A stretch of 43,128 nt of DNA from positions 1-43,128 of the forward strand of contig CAYTRX010000003.1 of assembly GCA_964440365.1 (NCBI GenBank). The letters run 5' to 3'. The notes beneath the pieces were generated by a model. It was not told the origin of the DNA and ran no database searches. It worked only from the letters and a program-made list of their open reading frames with translations. Of this stretch, positions 25,327 to 35,534 are shown piece by piece (the stretch's first letter is position 1; every line of letters begins with the position of its first letter). Both the position numbers and the translations under genes were made by a program. The DNA is from an uncultured Gammaproteobacteria bacterium. Lineage in GTDB: Bacteria > Patescibacteriota > Patescibacteriia > Patescibacteriales > UBA12465.

Positions 25327-26292
25327 ATGAATAAAGCTGAAAAACCAATAATTAAATACTTGACTGATTTTATAAATTATTGTGAGATTGAAAAAGGCCT
25401 CGCCTCTAAAACTCAGGAAAATTACTCTCGTTTTTTGGGTGATTTTTTTACTTGGTTAGAAAAAAATAATCTAGCTAACTTAAAACCAAGTCAATTAAAT
25501 GAAGAGCACATTTGGCGTTATCGTCTTTATCTTTCTCGGCACACAAGTTTACGTCGTAAAGTTGAATTAAAAAAAGCTAGCCAAAATTTATACCTCATTG
25601 CCCTGCGATCTCTCCTAGAATATTTTTCCGAAAAAAATATTAAATCTTTAGCCCCTAATAAAATAAAATTAGCTAAGGATAATGCTGATCGGGAAATTAA
25701 TTTTTTAAACTTGGAGCAAATAAAGAAATTGATGGAGGCCGTTGATACCTCAACCGAGCCGGGTTTAAGAGATCGCGCTATTTTAGAGACTTTATTTTCT
25801 ACTGGTCTTCGAGTGGCTGAACTTTGTGCGCTTAATCGAGATCAGATCAAAATTGATCAAAAGACCAAAGATTTAGAAATTGTAATAATTGGCAAAGGTA
25901 GTAAAATAAGAACGGTTTATTTTTCTCAACGAGCTGTTTACTGGTTAAAAAAATATTTAGATAAGCGAAGTGATTTAGATAATGCCCTTTTTATTAATTA
26001 TTGGCGAGCTGCTAAAAAAGGTAATATTGATCGACGTCTAAGTGTCAAAAGCGTTGATGAAATAATGAAAAAATATGTAAAAATTGCTGGTTTGCCAAGT
26101 ATTTCTACCCCTCACACCCTAAGACATTCCTTTGCCACCAATCTTTTGGCTAAGGGAGTTGATCTACGTTTAGTACAAGAATTTTTAGGTCACAGAAATA
26201 TCGCTACTACTCAAATATACACTCATGTTACCAAAAAACAATTGCGCGATATTCATCGAGATGTTTATTCAGACAATAGTTTAGATGAATAA
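25327..26292 (+). CDS. xerC: Tyrosine recombinase, XerC/XerD family
   Basis: N-terminal SAM-like core-binding domain and C-terminal catalytic residues (..RDRAILETLFSTGLRVAEL.., HTLRHSFATNLL, GHRNIATTQIYTHV). XerC versus XerD, or a single-Xer system, cannot be decided. Confidence 0.85.
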   Translation: MNKAEKPIIKYLTDFINYCEIEKGLASKTQENYSRFLGDFFTWLEKNNLANLKPSQLNEEHIWRYRLYLSRHTSLRRKVELKKASQNLYLIALRSLLEYFSEKNIKSLAPNKIKLAKDNADREINFLNLEQIKKLMEAVDTSTEPGLRDRAILETLFSTGLRVAELCALNRDQIKIDQKTKDLEIVIIGKGSKIRTVYFSQRAVYWLKKYLDKRSDLDNALFINYWRAAKKGNIDRRLSVKSVDEIMKKYVKIAGLPSISTPHTLRHSFATNLLAKGVDLRLVQEFLGHRNIATTQIYTHVTKKQLRDIHRDVYSDNSLDE

Positions 26293-26432
26293 AACCTAAA
26301 ATACAATAAAATTACTAAATTTAATTTTATATTATTAAGGTTTAAATAATATTTCAGGACTTAAATATAGTTTCACTAAAATATAGTTTTTCTAATCATT
26401 AATTATCTTAAAATATTAAAAATAATAAACAA

Positions 26433-26467
26433 AAAAACACCATAGATAAAAGGTGTTTTTGTTTTTT
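26433..26467. terminator. Bidirectional terminator
   Basis: AAAAACACC/GGTGTTTTT stem with T-runs on both strands, between the convergent xer and M23 genes. Confidence 0.7.
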
Positions 26468-26487
26468 AAATATTTTATTTAACAAAT

Positions 26488-27732
26488 TTAAGGCAAATAA
26501 GTTAAGGGATTAACTGGAATACCATCTTTTCTGACCTCAAAGTGAAGGTGCGGACCAGTTGAAAAAGCTCCAGCTCCTGCGGTCCGAGGTGTTCCCCCAG
26601 TTTTACCAATAACTTGTCCAGAGCTAACATAATCATCTTGAGAAACTGAAACAGCTGAAACATGACCGTAAACTGTTGAGAAGCCATCAGCGTGAATAAT
26701 CATAATATAAGCATAATTGGTGCTACCATCATATTTTACCCGAGCAACATAACCAGAAGCGGCTGCTCGTAAGGTTGTGCCTTGAGCAGCACGAATGTCA
26801 ATACCAGAATGCTCACCAATACTTTTACGGAAAGGATAACTAGGGTCATGAAAAGTAGCGGTAATAGTATTTTTAGTAACTGGCCAAACAAAACCACTAA
26901 GACTTTGTTCTAAAATATCACTTCCCTTTTTAGCCAATTTTTCTCTAACCGTTTTTTCCAAAGAAGCAATTTCTGCCATTGCTTGATCATTTTCCTTCTT
27001 AGCTTTTTCTAATAATTTTTTATATTCCGCCTCTGATTTTTTAGTTTCACTCAAAACAAATTCTTTTTGAATTAATTCTCCTTCTAAAATTTGTTTTTTA
27101 TTTTCTAATTCCGCTTTTAACTCGGCTAAGTTCTTTTGCTTTTCTTGTAAAACACTTCCCTGCTCATCTAATTTTTGTTTAGAATCTTTAAGCGCAGCTA
27201 AACTAACGCTAATTTCTTTATTGGTATTTTCCAAATAAGTCAGTTGATTTATAAAATCAGTTAAAGAATCATTTAATAAAATTGCCTCCAGTGGACTAGT
27301 TTTGTTTTGTTTGTAAATCAACTTAAGAAGTGTGGCGATATGCTCTTTTTCTTTTTCTATTTGCTTTTCCTTATTCTCAATATCAATTTCAATTTTTTTT
27401 ATTTCTAAATTATTTTTACTAAGCTCTAAAGTAGCCGCTTCAATTTCTAGCTCTGATTGACTTAGGCGACCATCAAGTATTTCTAATTGATTTTGTAAGG
27501 TATCTTGCTCTTGAGCTTTTTGCTTGATTAATTTTGAATATTCCTCCTGTCTTTTAGCAATATTTTCAATTTGTTTTTTTTGATTTTGAATTTGATCATT
27601 GATAACCCTAATTTCCTCATCAATGACCTCATCATAAGAAGAAAAAGCAAAACCAGACTTTAGAAAAAAAGCCATTGATAAAATCAATAAAGAACAAAAC
27701 AAAAATATTATCTTATTTCTCTTTCTTTTCAT
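26488..27732 (-). CDS. M23 family metallopeptidase with a long N-terminal coiled coil (EnvC-like)
   Basis: Signal/anchor sequence, about 230 aa of heptad-rich sequence, and an M23 domain with HSGIDI and GPHLHFEV. Confidence 0.85.
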   Translation of the reverse strand: MKRKRNKIIFLFCSLLILSMAFFLKSGFAFSSYDEVIDEEIRVINDQIQNQKKQIENIAKRQEEYSKLIKQKAQEQDTLQNQLEILDGRLSQSELEIEAATLELSKNNLEIKKIEIDIENKEKQIEKEKEHIATLLKLIYKQNKTSPLEAILLNDSLTDFINQLTYLENTNKEISVSLAALKDSKQKLDEQGSVLQEKQKNLAELKAELENKKQILEGELIQKEFVLSETKKSEAEYKKLLEKAKKENDQAMAEIASLEKTVREKLAKKGSDILEQSLSGFVWPVTKNTITATFHDPSYPFRKSIGEHSGIDIRAAQGTTLRAAASGYVARVKYDGSTNYAYIMIIHADGFSTVYGHVSAVSVSQDDYVSSGQVIGKTGGTPRTAGAGAFSTGPHLHFEVRKDGIPVNPLTYLP

Positions 27733-27769
27733 ATTTAAATATATTTATACCTCCATTATAACATAATAA

Positions 27770-30247
27770 TTAGAGGAAAACAATGTTTTTGGGGTCAATT
27801 AAATCAATTAAGCGACTCTTAGTAGCTGGATAAGTCTTATCACCATGATTTCTGAAAGTACTATAAGATAAAAAAACTTCTTTTTTAGCTCGAGTTAAGG
27901 CAACATAAAAAAGTCTCTTTTCTTCTTCTAAGTCATCGCTACGATACAAAGGAAAAGAGCCCTCATTTAAGGCTAATAAAAAAATATAATCAAATTCTAA
28001 GCCCTTGACTTGATGAATAGTAACAATTGGTATTCTTCCCTGCTCTAATCCCAAAAAATCAATATTTTTTACTAAGCTGGAAAAATGAATTAAATTTTGC
28101 AGCGATGAACGAGGATCTAAATCTTCTTTATCTTTATCAGAAAAGAAACGTCGTAAAGTATTAAATGATTTTTCTCGCACTAAAGCATTTTTATCTTTTT
28201 GATAATAATCAGCCAAACCTGATTCCTGCCAAATAAAATCCAAAAATTCAGCTGGGCGAAGTTTATTAGCCTCCTTTTCAAAATTTTCAATACTAGAAGC
28301 TAATTTAATAAATTTAGCCTTATACTTATTCCACAGCCCAATTCTTTTTTCCTGAGTCTTTTTTAAATTTTTAATTAAATATTGCAATAGCTCAACAGTA
28401 GCCGCTACATCATCGTCAGCGCTATGGGTAGCTGCTTGAAAACCAAGAGTTTTAGCAATATAACTTAGTTTATACGACTCTAAAGACAAAATTCTCTTGG
28501 CTAAATCTAGAGTGTCATAATAATTTTTAAAAACAAAATCAATTCCATAACGTTTAGCGTTTTCAAAAATCATATTTAAGTCAAAAGAAACATTATGTCC
28601 GACTACGATCGATTCCCCAATAAACTCTTTTAACTCTAATAAAACCTCCTTTGGATCTCTGCCCTTTTCAGCCAAGAATTCATCACTAATTTGATGAACA
28701 AAAAAAGCGGAGCCAACTGATTTTTTACTTTTTAAATAATGATGAAATTCCTGTCCCACTTTTCCGTCTATTATTTCACGAGCATAAATTTGAACAATCT
28801 CATCTACGGCTGGATTGATACCGGTTGTCTCTGTATCCAGGACTACTATTCGTCCTTTGGTGCTTAAATCCAAAAGTTCAGCTAAGGGTTCTAAAAAATT
28901 ATAATTTTTAAAACTTAAAAAATCAGAAATATTTAAAGCACATTCTCGACCAGCTTGATTAATTTTAGCCAAAGTTTCTTCGCCAATATTTTTAGGTGGT
29001 CGTTGAATTATTCTTTTAGCTGAAAAAAGATCAGCCTTATTAAAAATTATTTTTAAATAAGCAAAAATATCCTTAACTTCTTGTCGTCGAAAGAAATCAT
29101 ATTGATCCACCGTTAAAAAAGAAAGTTTATTTTGAGCAAAGATTTCGGCAATTTTAGGAATAAAAGAATTAAGTCGATTCAAAACAGCAATCTTAGCTTG
29201 GGGGTCCTGATCTTTTATTTTTTTTATATTATCTAGTACCCAAGAAACTTCTTCAGAAAAATTATAAGCTCGAAAAACTTTAACTGGTTTTTCTTGGTCT
29301 TTAATATCACCCTCTGTACTAGCATCATTGATTTCCTTAGTTTGCGGATTTTCCATGTTTTTTAAAACTGATAAAAAAGTTTTTATTAAAGCTGGATTGG
29401 AGCGATAATTTATTTTTAAAGATAATTCTTTGACTGGAGCAAAATGTTCTTTAAATAAACGAGCAATAAAAAGTGGCCGAGAATCACGAAAACTATAAAT
29501 CGTTTGATCAATATCACCAATAAAAGAAATATTTTTATACTCTCGGGCAAGTTCTTTGATTATTAAATACTCTGATAAATGAGTGTCCTGAAATTCATCT
29601 AATTGAATAAAGCGATAACGTTGTGACCATCTTTTTCTTATTTCACTATTAGTACTTAAAGCTTCAAAGGTTAATAAAACTAATTGATTAAAATCAAAGG
29701 CGTTTTGTGCCAGCATTTTTTCTTCATATTCTTGAGCAAAGGAAAGCAGATCACTGGGTAATTCTTTGACCTCCAGTCGATGACCCGCTAATTGACGTAA
29801 AATCGCAAAACGATATTTAAAAATCTGATCCATAATATTGATGATCTCTCGGTCATTTTCTAAATGAATACTTCGACTTTGACTTAAAATATTTTTAACT
29901 ATTTCTTTTTGTTCATCCTCGTCAATGATAATAAAATCAGAACTAATTCCCAAAGTTTTAGCCTCCGCTTTAAGAAAATAAGCACAAAAACTATGAAAAG
30001 TTTGAATACTTAAAGCGTCAAAATCATTTTTATCATCAATTAATTTTTTTAAACGTCCCCGCATCTCCTCGGCCGCTCGATTAGTAAAAGTTAGAGCTAA
30101 AATTTCCCGAGGTTTTATCCCTAATTTTAAAGCCCGAATAATACGTTCACTTAAAACTGTTGTTTTTCCTGTGCCAACTGGAGCATTAAGCAAATAAGCA
30201 CCCCAAATACTATTTATTATTTCTTCTTGTTCTTTATTGAATTTCAT
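27770..30247 (-). CDS. UvrD/PcrA-like superfamily 1 helicase with an inserted DnaQ-like 3'-5' exonuclease domain
   Basis: Helicase motifs: APVGTGKT, LTFTNRAAEEM, IQLDEFQDT, and C-terminal VTIHQVKGLEFD..LFYVALTRAK. Between them (aa ~465-630, nt ~28360-28860) lie exonuclease motifs VVLDTETTG, VGHNVSFDLNM and HSADDDV. Confidence 0.85.
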   Translation of the reverse strand: MKFNKEQEEIINSIWGAYLLNAPVGTGKTTVLSERIIRALKLGIKPREILALTFTNRAAEEMRGRLKKLIDDKNDFDALSIQTFHSFCAYFLKAEAKTLGISSDFIIIDEDEQKEIVKNILSQSRSIHLENDREIINIMDQIFKYRFAILRQLAGHRLEVKELPSDLLSFAQEYEEKMLAQNAFDFNQLVLLTFEALSTNSEIRKRWSQRYRFIQLDEFQDTHLSEYLIIKELAREYKNISFIGDIDQTIYSFRDSRPLFIARLFKEHFAPVKELSLKINYRSNPALIKTFLSVLKNMENPQTKEINDASTEGDIKDQEKPVKVFRAYNFSEEVSWVLDNIKKIKDQDPQAKIAVLNRLNSFIPKIAEIFAQNKLSFLTVDQYDFFRRQEVKDIFAYLKIIFNKADLFSAKRIIQRPPKNIGEETLAKINQAGRECALNISDFLSFKNYNFLEPLAELLDLSTKGRIVVLDTETTGINPAVDEIVQIYAREIIDGKVGQEFHHYLKSKKSVGSAFFVHQISDEFLAEKGRDPKEVLLELKEFIGESIVVGHNVSFDLNMIFENAKRYGIDFVFKNYYDTLDLAKRILSLESYKLSYIAKTLGFQAATHSADDDVAATVELLQYLIKNLKKTQEKRIGLWNKYKAKFIKLASSIENFEKEANKLRPAEFLDFIWQESGLADYYQKDKNALVREKSFNTLRRFFSDKDKEDLDPRSSLQNLIHFSSLVKNIDFLGLEQGRIPIVTIHQVKGLEFDYIFLLALNEGSFPLYRSDDLEEEKRLFYVALTRAKKEVFLSYSTFRNHGDKTYPATKSRLIDLIDPKNIVFL

Positions 30248-30267
30248 ACTTATGTTAATATATTATT

Positions 30268-30906
30268 ATGAATTTAGACAAAGAAAAATTATTATTTAAA
30301 AATGGTCATCAATTAATTGCGGCTATTGACGAAGCGGGACGTGGACCTTTAGCTGGTCCAGTAGTTAGTGCTTGTGTTATAATTGATCCCAGTTTTAAAA
30401 TTAGTCCAGAGCTTGAAAAAATTCGTGATTCTAAAAAACTTAGCCCTAAACAACGACAAGAATTATTTCCCTTAATTAAGAAAAATGTTAAAGCAGTTGC
30501 TATTGGAGTTTGTGATAATAAAATTATTGATAAAATAAATATTTTACAAGCTACTTTTCTTTCAATGAAGAAGGCTTTAAAAAATACTGGACTATCAGCT
30601 GATATTGTGCTACTTGACGGCAAATTTCCTATTCCTAATTTAAATATCAAACAAGAAGCTATTATTTCTGGTGATGATCAAGTTTTCTCTATTGCCATGG
30701 CTTCTATTATTGCCAAATGTAGTCGTGATTTTTTAATGGAAGAAATGGATAAAAAATATCCCCAATATAAATTTGCTCAGCACAAAGGTTATGGCACCAA
30801 ACTTCATTTGGAAATGATAAGTCTTTTTGGTCCCTGCCCTATTCATCGCCTTTCCTTTGCTCCCTTTTCTTTTAAAAAAGAGCAAATAAAAAAAATATTA
30901 ACTTAA
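30268..30906 (+). CDS. rnhB: Ribonuclease HII
   Basis: DEAGRGPLAGPVV and DSKKLS motifs. Its 3' end overlaps convergent gltX by 9 nt. Confidence 0.9.
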   Translation: MNLDKEKLLFKNGHQLIAAIDEAGRGPLAGPVVSACVIIDPSFKISPELEKIRDSKKLSPKQRQELFPLIKKNVKAVAIGVCDNKIIDKINILQATFLSMKKALKNTGLSADIVLLDGKFPIPNLNIKQEAIISGDDQVFSIAMASIIAKCSRDFLMEEMDKKYPQYKFAQHKGYGTKLHLEMISLFGPCPIHRLSFAPFSFKKEQIKKILT

Positions 30907-32352
30907 AGCTTTTTTGATTCGGGCTAGACTTTTTTCTTTACCCAAAACCCAGGCTAATTCAAAAGGGCTGGGACTATTTTTCTGTCCCGATAACACAACT
31001 CGTAATGGCCACAAATAATCGCCATTTTTTTTATTATTTTCCTTTAGATAAGGGATAATTAAATTTTCTAAAAATTCTTGTTGCCAATCCTCCTCCTTAA
31101 CTTCTGTTAAAATATCAAAAAGTTCTTTTAAATTATTTTTTACCTCTTCTAAGTTTAGGGATTTCCAGATAAGTAAATCTTTCTCATATTCTATTTCATC
31201 TTGAAATAAATAAAAAGACAAATCAGAAATATCTGATAATTTTTTTAATCTTTCTTGCGAAACGCTAATAACTTTTTCTATCAAAGCTGGATCAGTTTTT
31301 TCATCAATTAATTTATCTTTTTCTAAATATGGTCGACACAGATCAACTAATTCACTAATACTTTTTTGTCGAATATAATAAGCATTATAAAAATCTAATT
31401 TTTCAATATCAAAAACAGCTGGAGAAGCACCAATACCAGCAATAGAAAACTTTTCAATAATCTCCTCTAAGCTCAATATTTCTTGATCATCTTTGGGATG
31501 CCAACCAATTAAAGCACAAAAATTTATAAGTGCCTCGGGCAAATATCCTTTTTCTTTATAATCCTCAACAAAAACATCACCCTGTCTTTTGCTTAATTTT
31601 CCCCCACCTTTATTTAAAATTAAAGGTAAGTGAATAAATTTAGGTGCTGTCCAACCGAAAGATTTATACAATAAAGCATTTTTGGGAAAACTAGAAATCC
31701 ATTCATCTCCCCGACTAACATGACTTATTTCCATTAAATGATCATCTACTACGCTCGCAAATTGATAAGTTGGAACACCGTTAGACTTAATTAAAACCTG
31801 ATCATCTAAATCATTACTATTAAAAACAATCTTGCCTCGCAATTCATCATACACTTCCACGCAAGTATTAAGTGGCATTTTTTGACGAATAACATAGGGC
31901 CAGCCTTCTTTTATTTTAGCCTCAACCTCAGCTGGGCTTAAATTACGACAATGACCATCATAACGTGGCGCCTCCTTCCTTTTTTGTTGCTGATCACGCA
32001 TCTCAGCCAATCTCTCTTCACTACAAAAACAATAATAAGCCTCACCCTTGTCTAATAATTTTTGTGTATATTCTTTATAAATATCTAAACGTTGGCTCTG
32101 GATGTAGGGACCATAAGCCCCTCCTAGATGCGGTCCTTCATCAAAATCAATTCCCAACCAAGAAAGTATTTTTAATAAACTTTCCAAAGCGCCTTTCACT
32201 TCCCTTTTTTCATCAGTATCTTCAATGCGTAAAATAAAATCACCACCCTGACTTTTAGCCAAAAGATAAGTGAATAAAGCGGTACGCAAATTACCAATGT
32301 GTAAAAATCCAGTAGGCGAAGGAGCAAATCTTAATCTAATTTTTTTATTCAT
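30898..32352 (-). CDS. gltX: Glutamyl-tRNA synthetase
   Basis: RFAPSPTGFLHIGNLRTAL (HIGH region) and KLSKR. Confidence 0.95.
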   Translation of the reverse strand: MNKKIRLRFAPSPTGFLHIGNLRTALFTYLLAKSQGGDFILRIEDTDEKREVKGALESLLKILSWLGIDFDEGPHLGGAYGPYIQSQRLDIYKEYTQKLLDKGEAYYCFCSEERLAEMRDQQQKRKEAPRYDGHCRNLSPAEVEAKIKEGWPYVIRQKMPLNTCVEVYDELRGKIVFNSNDLDDQVLIKSNGVPTYQFASVVDDHLMEISHVSRGDEWISSFPKNALLYKSFGWTAPKFIHLPLILNKGGGKLSKRQGDVFVEDYKEKGYLPEALINFCALIGWHPKDDQEILSLEEIIEKFSIAGIGASPAVFDIEKLDFYNAYYIRQKSISELVDLCRPYLEKDKLIDEKTDPALIEKVISVSQERLKKLSDISDLSFYLFQDEIEYEKDLLIWKSLNLEEVKNNLKELFDILTEVKEEDWQQEFLENLIIPYLKENNKKNGDYLWPLRVVLSGQKNSPSPFELAWVLGKEKSLARIKKALS

Positions 32353-32381
32353 ATTTTTTATTTAAATATTTATTATTTTTT

Positions 32382-33125
32382 TTAAATTTTTTGGCGAGTA
32401 AAAAAACGCCATTGAATAAATTTTCCCATAAAAACAAAAACCGCTCGATAAATTCTCTTATACCTTTCGGGTTGCTTAATTAAACGCCAAAGCCATTCTA
32501 ATCCAATTCGACGCAAAAATAAAGGCGCTCGTTTTGCCTTACCGCTAATAAAATCCAAGGCTCCGCCAATTCCAATTCCAACTTTAAGACTTGGAATTTT
32601 AGCCAAATTATAAAAAACAAATCTTTCCTGCTGTGGAGCCCCAAAATTACAAACCAAAATATCTGGAGCAAAATGTAAAATATTATCACTATAAGTTTTG
32701 GGCCAAGTATGAGGATCAAGATTCTTGATTACGAAATTTAACTCTGGGTATTTTTCCTTTAAAGCTGATGAGATATCGGAGCTAGAAGACAAACCTTTTT
32801 CATTATTAATAATTAAAATTTTATAGGCTTCTTTTTCAGCTAAAGAAAAAATGTCTAAAATAGAATCGGAGCCAGTTAAACGCTTAATTTTTCGCCCCAT
32901 CAAGGCAGCCGCAATATTTAAACCAAAACCATCGGGCAAAGATAGATCAGCTTTATTTAAAATCTTTAAATATTCTTCATCTTTCTGAGCTTTTAAAATT
33001 ATTTCTGGATTAGGGGTAACAATATAATTTTGCTTAGCATTTTTCATTAAACCCTGAAAATAACGCAAAAAATTATCTCGACTTAAATCACTATTCAAAT
33101 TTACGCCCAAAATATTTATTTTCAT
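32382..33125 (-). CDS. WecB/TagA/CpsF family glycosyltransferase
   Basis: VTPNPEI, ADLSLPDGFG and C-terminal GLEWLWRL motifs typical of the family. Confidence 0.8.
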   Translation of the reverse strand: MKINILGVNLNSDLSRDNFLRYFQGLMKNAKQNYIVTPNPEIILKAQKDEEYLKILNKADLSLPDGFGLNIAAALMGRKIKRLTGSDSILDIFSLAEKEAYKILIINNEKGLSSSSDISSALKEKYPELNFVIKNLDPHTWPKTYSDNILHFAPDILVCNFGAPQQERFVFYNLAKIPSLKVGIGIGGALDFISGKAKRAPLFLRRIGLEWLWRLIKQPERYKRIYRAVFVFMGKFIQWRFFTRQKI

Positions 33126-33506
33126 AAAAATTAAGAAAATTAAAAAAACAGATCCCCTATTAAATTAATGGCCTAATTATATCAAACTAATAGCATAATT
33201 ATAAGTTAATTATATAAAAAATACCAGTTTTAGTAAACCTTTAAACAAAGAGTTCAAAGATGGTTTTTTGTCTTAATATGGGTTAAAGCGATAAGATTAA
33301 ATTATTTTCTTAATAAGATTATTATATTTTAAAAAATTTTCTTGACTTAATTTTAAAAATATGATAATAATATCTTTTTGGAATCATGTTTGATTAGGAT
33401 CATGTTTAAAAATAAAAAATAGCCTTATTTAATAAAAATAGTTTTTTAATTTTTCCAAGCATTAAAAGTCAATAAAAATAGGCTATTTATAAAAAGCCAA
33501 AAAGGC

Positions 33507-33535
33507 TTGACATTATTTTTAAAATATGCTATGAT
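33507..33535 (+). promoter_or_regulatory. Strong sigma70-like promoter (TTGACA, 17 nt, TGcTATGAT)
   Basis: -35 at 33507-33512, an exact 17-nt spacer carrying an extended -10 TG (33527-33528), and -10 at 33530-33535, 45 nt upstream of the GT4 ATG. Confidence 0.5.
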
Positions 33536-33580
33536 TGATAGTTATATAAAAAAATAAAAAATATCTAAACATACAAAATT

Positions 33581-34744
33581 ATGAAAATATATATTATTGG
33601 ACAAAAAGGGCTTCCAGCTCATGGAGGCGGAGTAGAAACCCATGTAGAAAATTTGGCTACTCAATTAGTCAATAATGGACATGAAGTTTTTGCTTATACT
33701 AGAAGAAACTATACCAGCAAAAATTTTACAGAATTTATGGGTGTTAAACTCATTTCCCTGCCTAGCATTCCAACTAAAAATTTAGATGCAATTAGTCATA
33801 CCTTTTTTTCGGTTTTAGATTTTATTTTTAGAAGAAGAAAGGCTGATGTTATTCATTTTCACTCTATTGGCCCAGCTTCTTTGATTTGGCTGGTAAAAAT
33901 TTTTCGTCCAAGAGTGAAGGTTGTCTTTACTTTTCATAGCCAATGCTATTTAAATTCTAAATGGGGAAAATTTGCTAAATTTTATTTATCTTTAGGAGAA
34001 AGAATTGGTTGTCAGATGGCTGATGAATTAATCACTGTTTCTAAAAATTTAAAAAAATATGTGGAGGAAAAATATAATCGTCAAGCTATCTATATTCCCA
34101 ATGGTGTAAATACTAATGAAAAATTAGCAGCCGAAGAAATTAAGGAAAAATGGGGCTTAGAAAAAAATTCCTATATTCTTTCAGTCTCTCGCTTAGTAAA
34201 AAGAAAAGGTTTAGAATATTTAATTTCAGCTTATAATCAAATAAATACTAATAAAAAATTAGTGATTGTCGGAGATGGTGATTTTAGTGAAAATTTAAAA
34301 GATTTAGCTAAGGGCAATTCCAATATTATTTTTACTGGATCTCAAAGTGGAAAAACTTTACAAGAATTATATTCTAATGCTTCCCTTTTTGTTCAAGCTT
34401 CGGAAGCTGAAGGTTTATCAATTGCCTTATTAGAAGCCGCTTCTTATCAATTAGCAATTTTAACCAGTGATATTGAGGCTAATTTAGAAGTATTAGGCGA
34501 AGATGCTTTTAGCTTCACTTCAAAAAGTATTGTTGATTTAAAAGAAAAATTAAATTTATTTTTAAATGATGCTAATACTAGAGAAAAACTTGACATAAAT
34601 ATTAAAAAAGTTTATAATAAAATACTGCACGAATATAATTGGTCAAATATCAGTCAAGAAACTATTTCTTTGTATCAAGGAAAGCAATTTGAGGCTGTAA
34701 AGAAAATAGCAAGCGTTGATGGTAGTTATGGTAGTGTAATTTAA
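33581..34744 (+). CDS. Family-4 (GT-B) glycosyltransferase
   Basis: N-terminal GGVETHV and C-terminal EAEGLSIALLEAAS (E-x7-E) motifs. Confidence 0.85.
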   Translation: MKIYIIGQKGLPAHGGGVETHVENLATQLVNNGHEVFAYTRRNYTSKNFTEFMGVKLISLPSIPTKNLDAISHTFFSVLDFIFRRRKADVIHFHSIGPASLIWLVKIFRPRVKVVFTFHSQCYLNSKWGKFAKFYLSLGERIGCQMADELITVSKNLKKYVEEKYNRQAIYIPNGVNTNEKLAAEEIKEKWGLEKNSYILSVSRLVKRKGLEYLISAYNQINTNKKLVIVGDGDFSENLKDLAKGNSNIIFTGSQSGKTLQELYSNASLFVQASEAEGLSIALLEAASYQLAILTSDIEANLEVLGEDAFSFTSKSIVDLKEKLNLFLNDANTREKLDINIKKVYNKILHEYNWSNISQETISLYQGKQFEAVKKIASVDGSYGSVI

Positions 34745-34794
34745 TATTAAGTTTATTAATATAAAAAATAGTTCTTTGAAAAAAATATTTTTGT

Positions 34795-34848
34795 GGTTAA
34801 TATCTAAAAGGCCTTTAGTTTAATCTAGAGTTTTTTTAGATATTAACC
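34795..34848. repeat. Perfect 15-bp inverted repeat GGTTAATATCTAAAA / TTTTAGATATTAACC with a 24-nt spacer
   Basis: Arms at 34795-34809 and 34834-34848. The spacer contains a second near-palindrome (CTAAAAGGCCTTTAG). No T-run follows. Ends 22 nt upstream of the lipoprotein ATG. Confidence 0.7.
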
Positions 34849-34870
34849 CCTTAAAATATTATTATTTATT

Positions 34871-35428
34871 ATGAAAAAAATTTTAATTCTTTTAATGACA
34901 GCCCTTTTTGTTGTTATGGGCTGCACCGACCAATGGGCTGTTGATGGCCCAAACGGAAATGCTCCAAACAACCCTAACTCCGAAGGAAACGATGTTTCCA
35001 ACCCTATGGTTATCGAGTATAACCATACAGGAATGGTAAACTACAGCGGCCCAATTGCCGCTGATCCAATCTTTATCTCACGGGAAACCGTGGGACAAAG
35101 CTCCGTGGAGCATTACAAGTTGACCTGGAATGCCTCTCCGGTCAACCCAAATTCCTTGGGGCTAGTGCGGCTATCCATCCCCCATGTCAATAGACATGGA
35201 AACACCGTCTACGCAAATGAAGCGTATGACGCGACTTATTACTTTGAAGGATCCGATCATGACTGGATCTATTTCAAAGTAGTATCCATTCCTAACCAAA
35301 TATTGAAGTTTAATATCGCCATTAAAACGGCGAACTCTACAAATTGGGATGGAAATACTTGCAAATGGTTCCACCACATCCTACCGGATGATGGTGTGAA
35401 CAATATATATACCATCACAACTCAGTGA
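34871..35428 (+). CDS. Hypothetical lipoprotein
   Basis: Signal peptide with lipobox (LFVVMG-C). Composition is visibly GC-richer than neighbouring genes. No family recognised. Confidence 0.7.
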   Translation: MKKILILLMTALFVVMGCTDQWAVDGPNGNAPNNPNSEGNDVSNPMVIEYNHTGMVNYSGPIAADPIFISRETVGQSSVEHYKLTWNASPVNPNSLGLVRLSIPHVNRHGNTVYANEAYDATYYFEGSDHDWIYFKVVSIPNQILKFNIAIKTANSTNWDGNTCKWFHHILPDDGVNNIYTITTQ

Positions 35429-35446
35429 TGGTAGGCATAACTCTCA

Positions 35447-35474
35447 AAGGTTGATCAAGATCAACCTTTTTTTA
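35447..35474 (+). terminator. Rho-independent terminator
   Basis: AAGGTTGATC/GATCAACCTT stem followed by TTTTTTT. Confidence 0.7.
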
Positions 35475-35534
35475 TTTCCCAAACACCTTGACTCAAATTA
35501 AATTTTATAATACTATCTTATGATATCAAATTAA

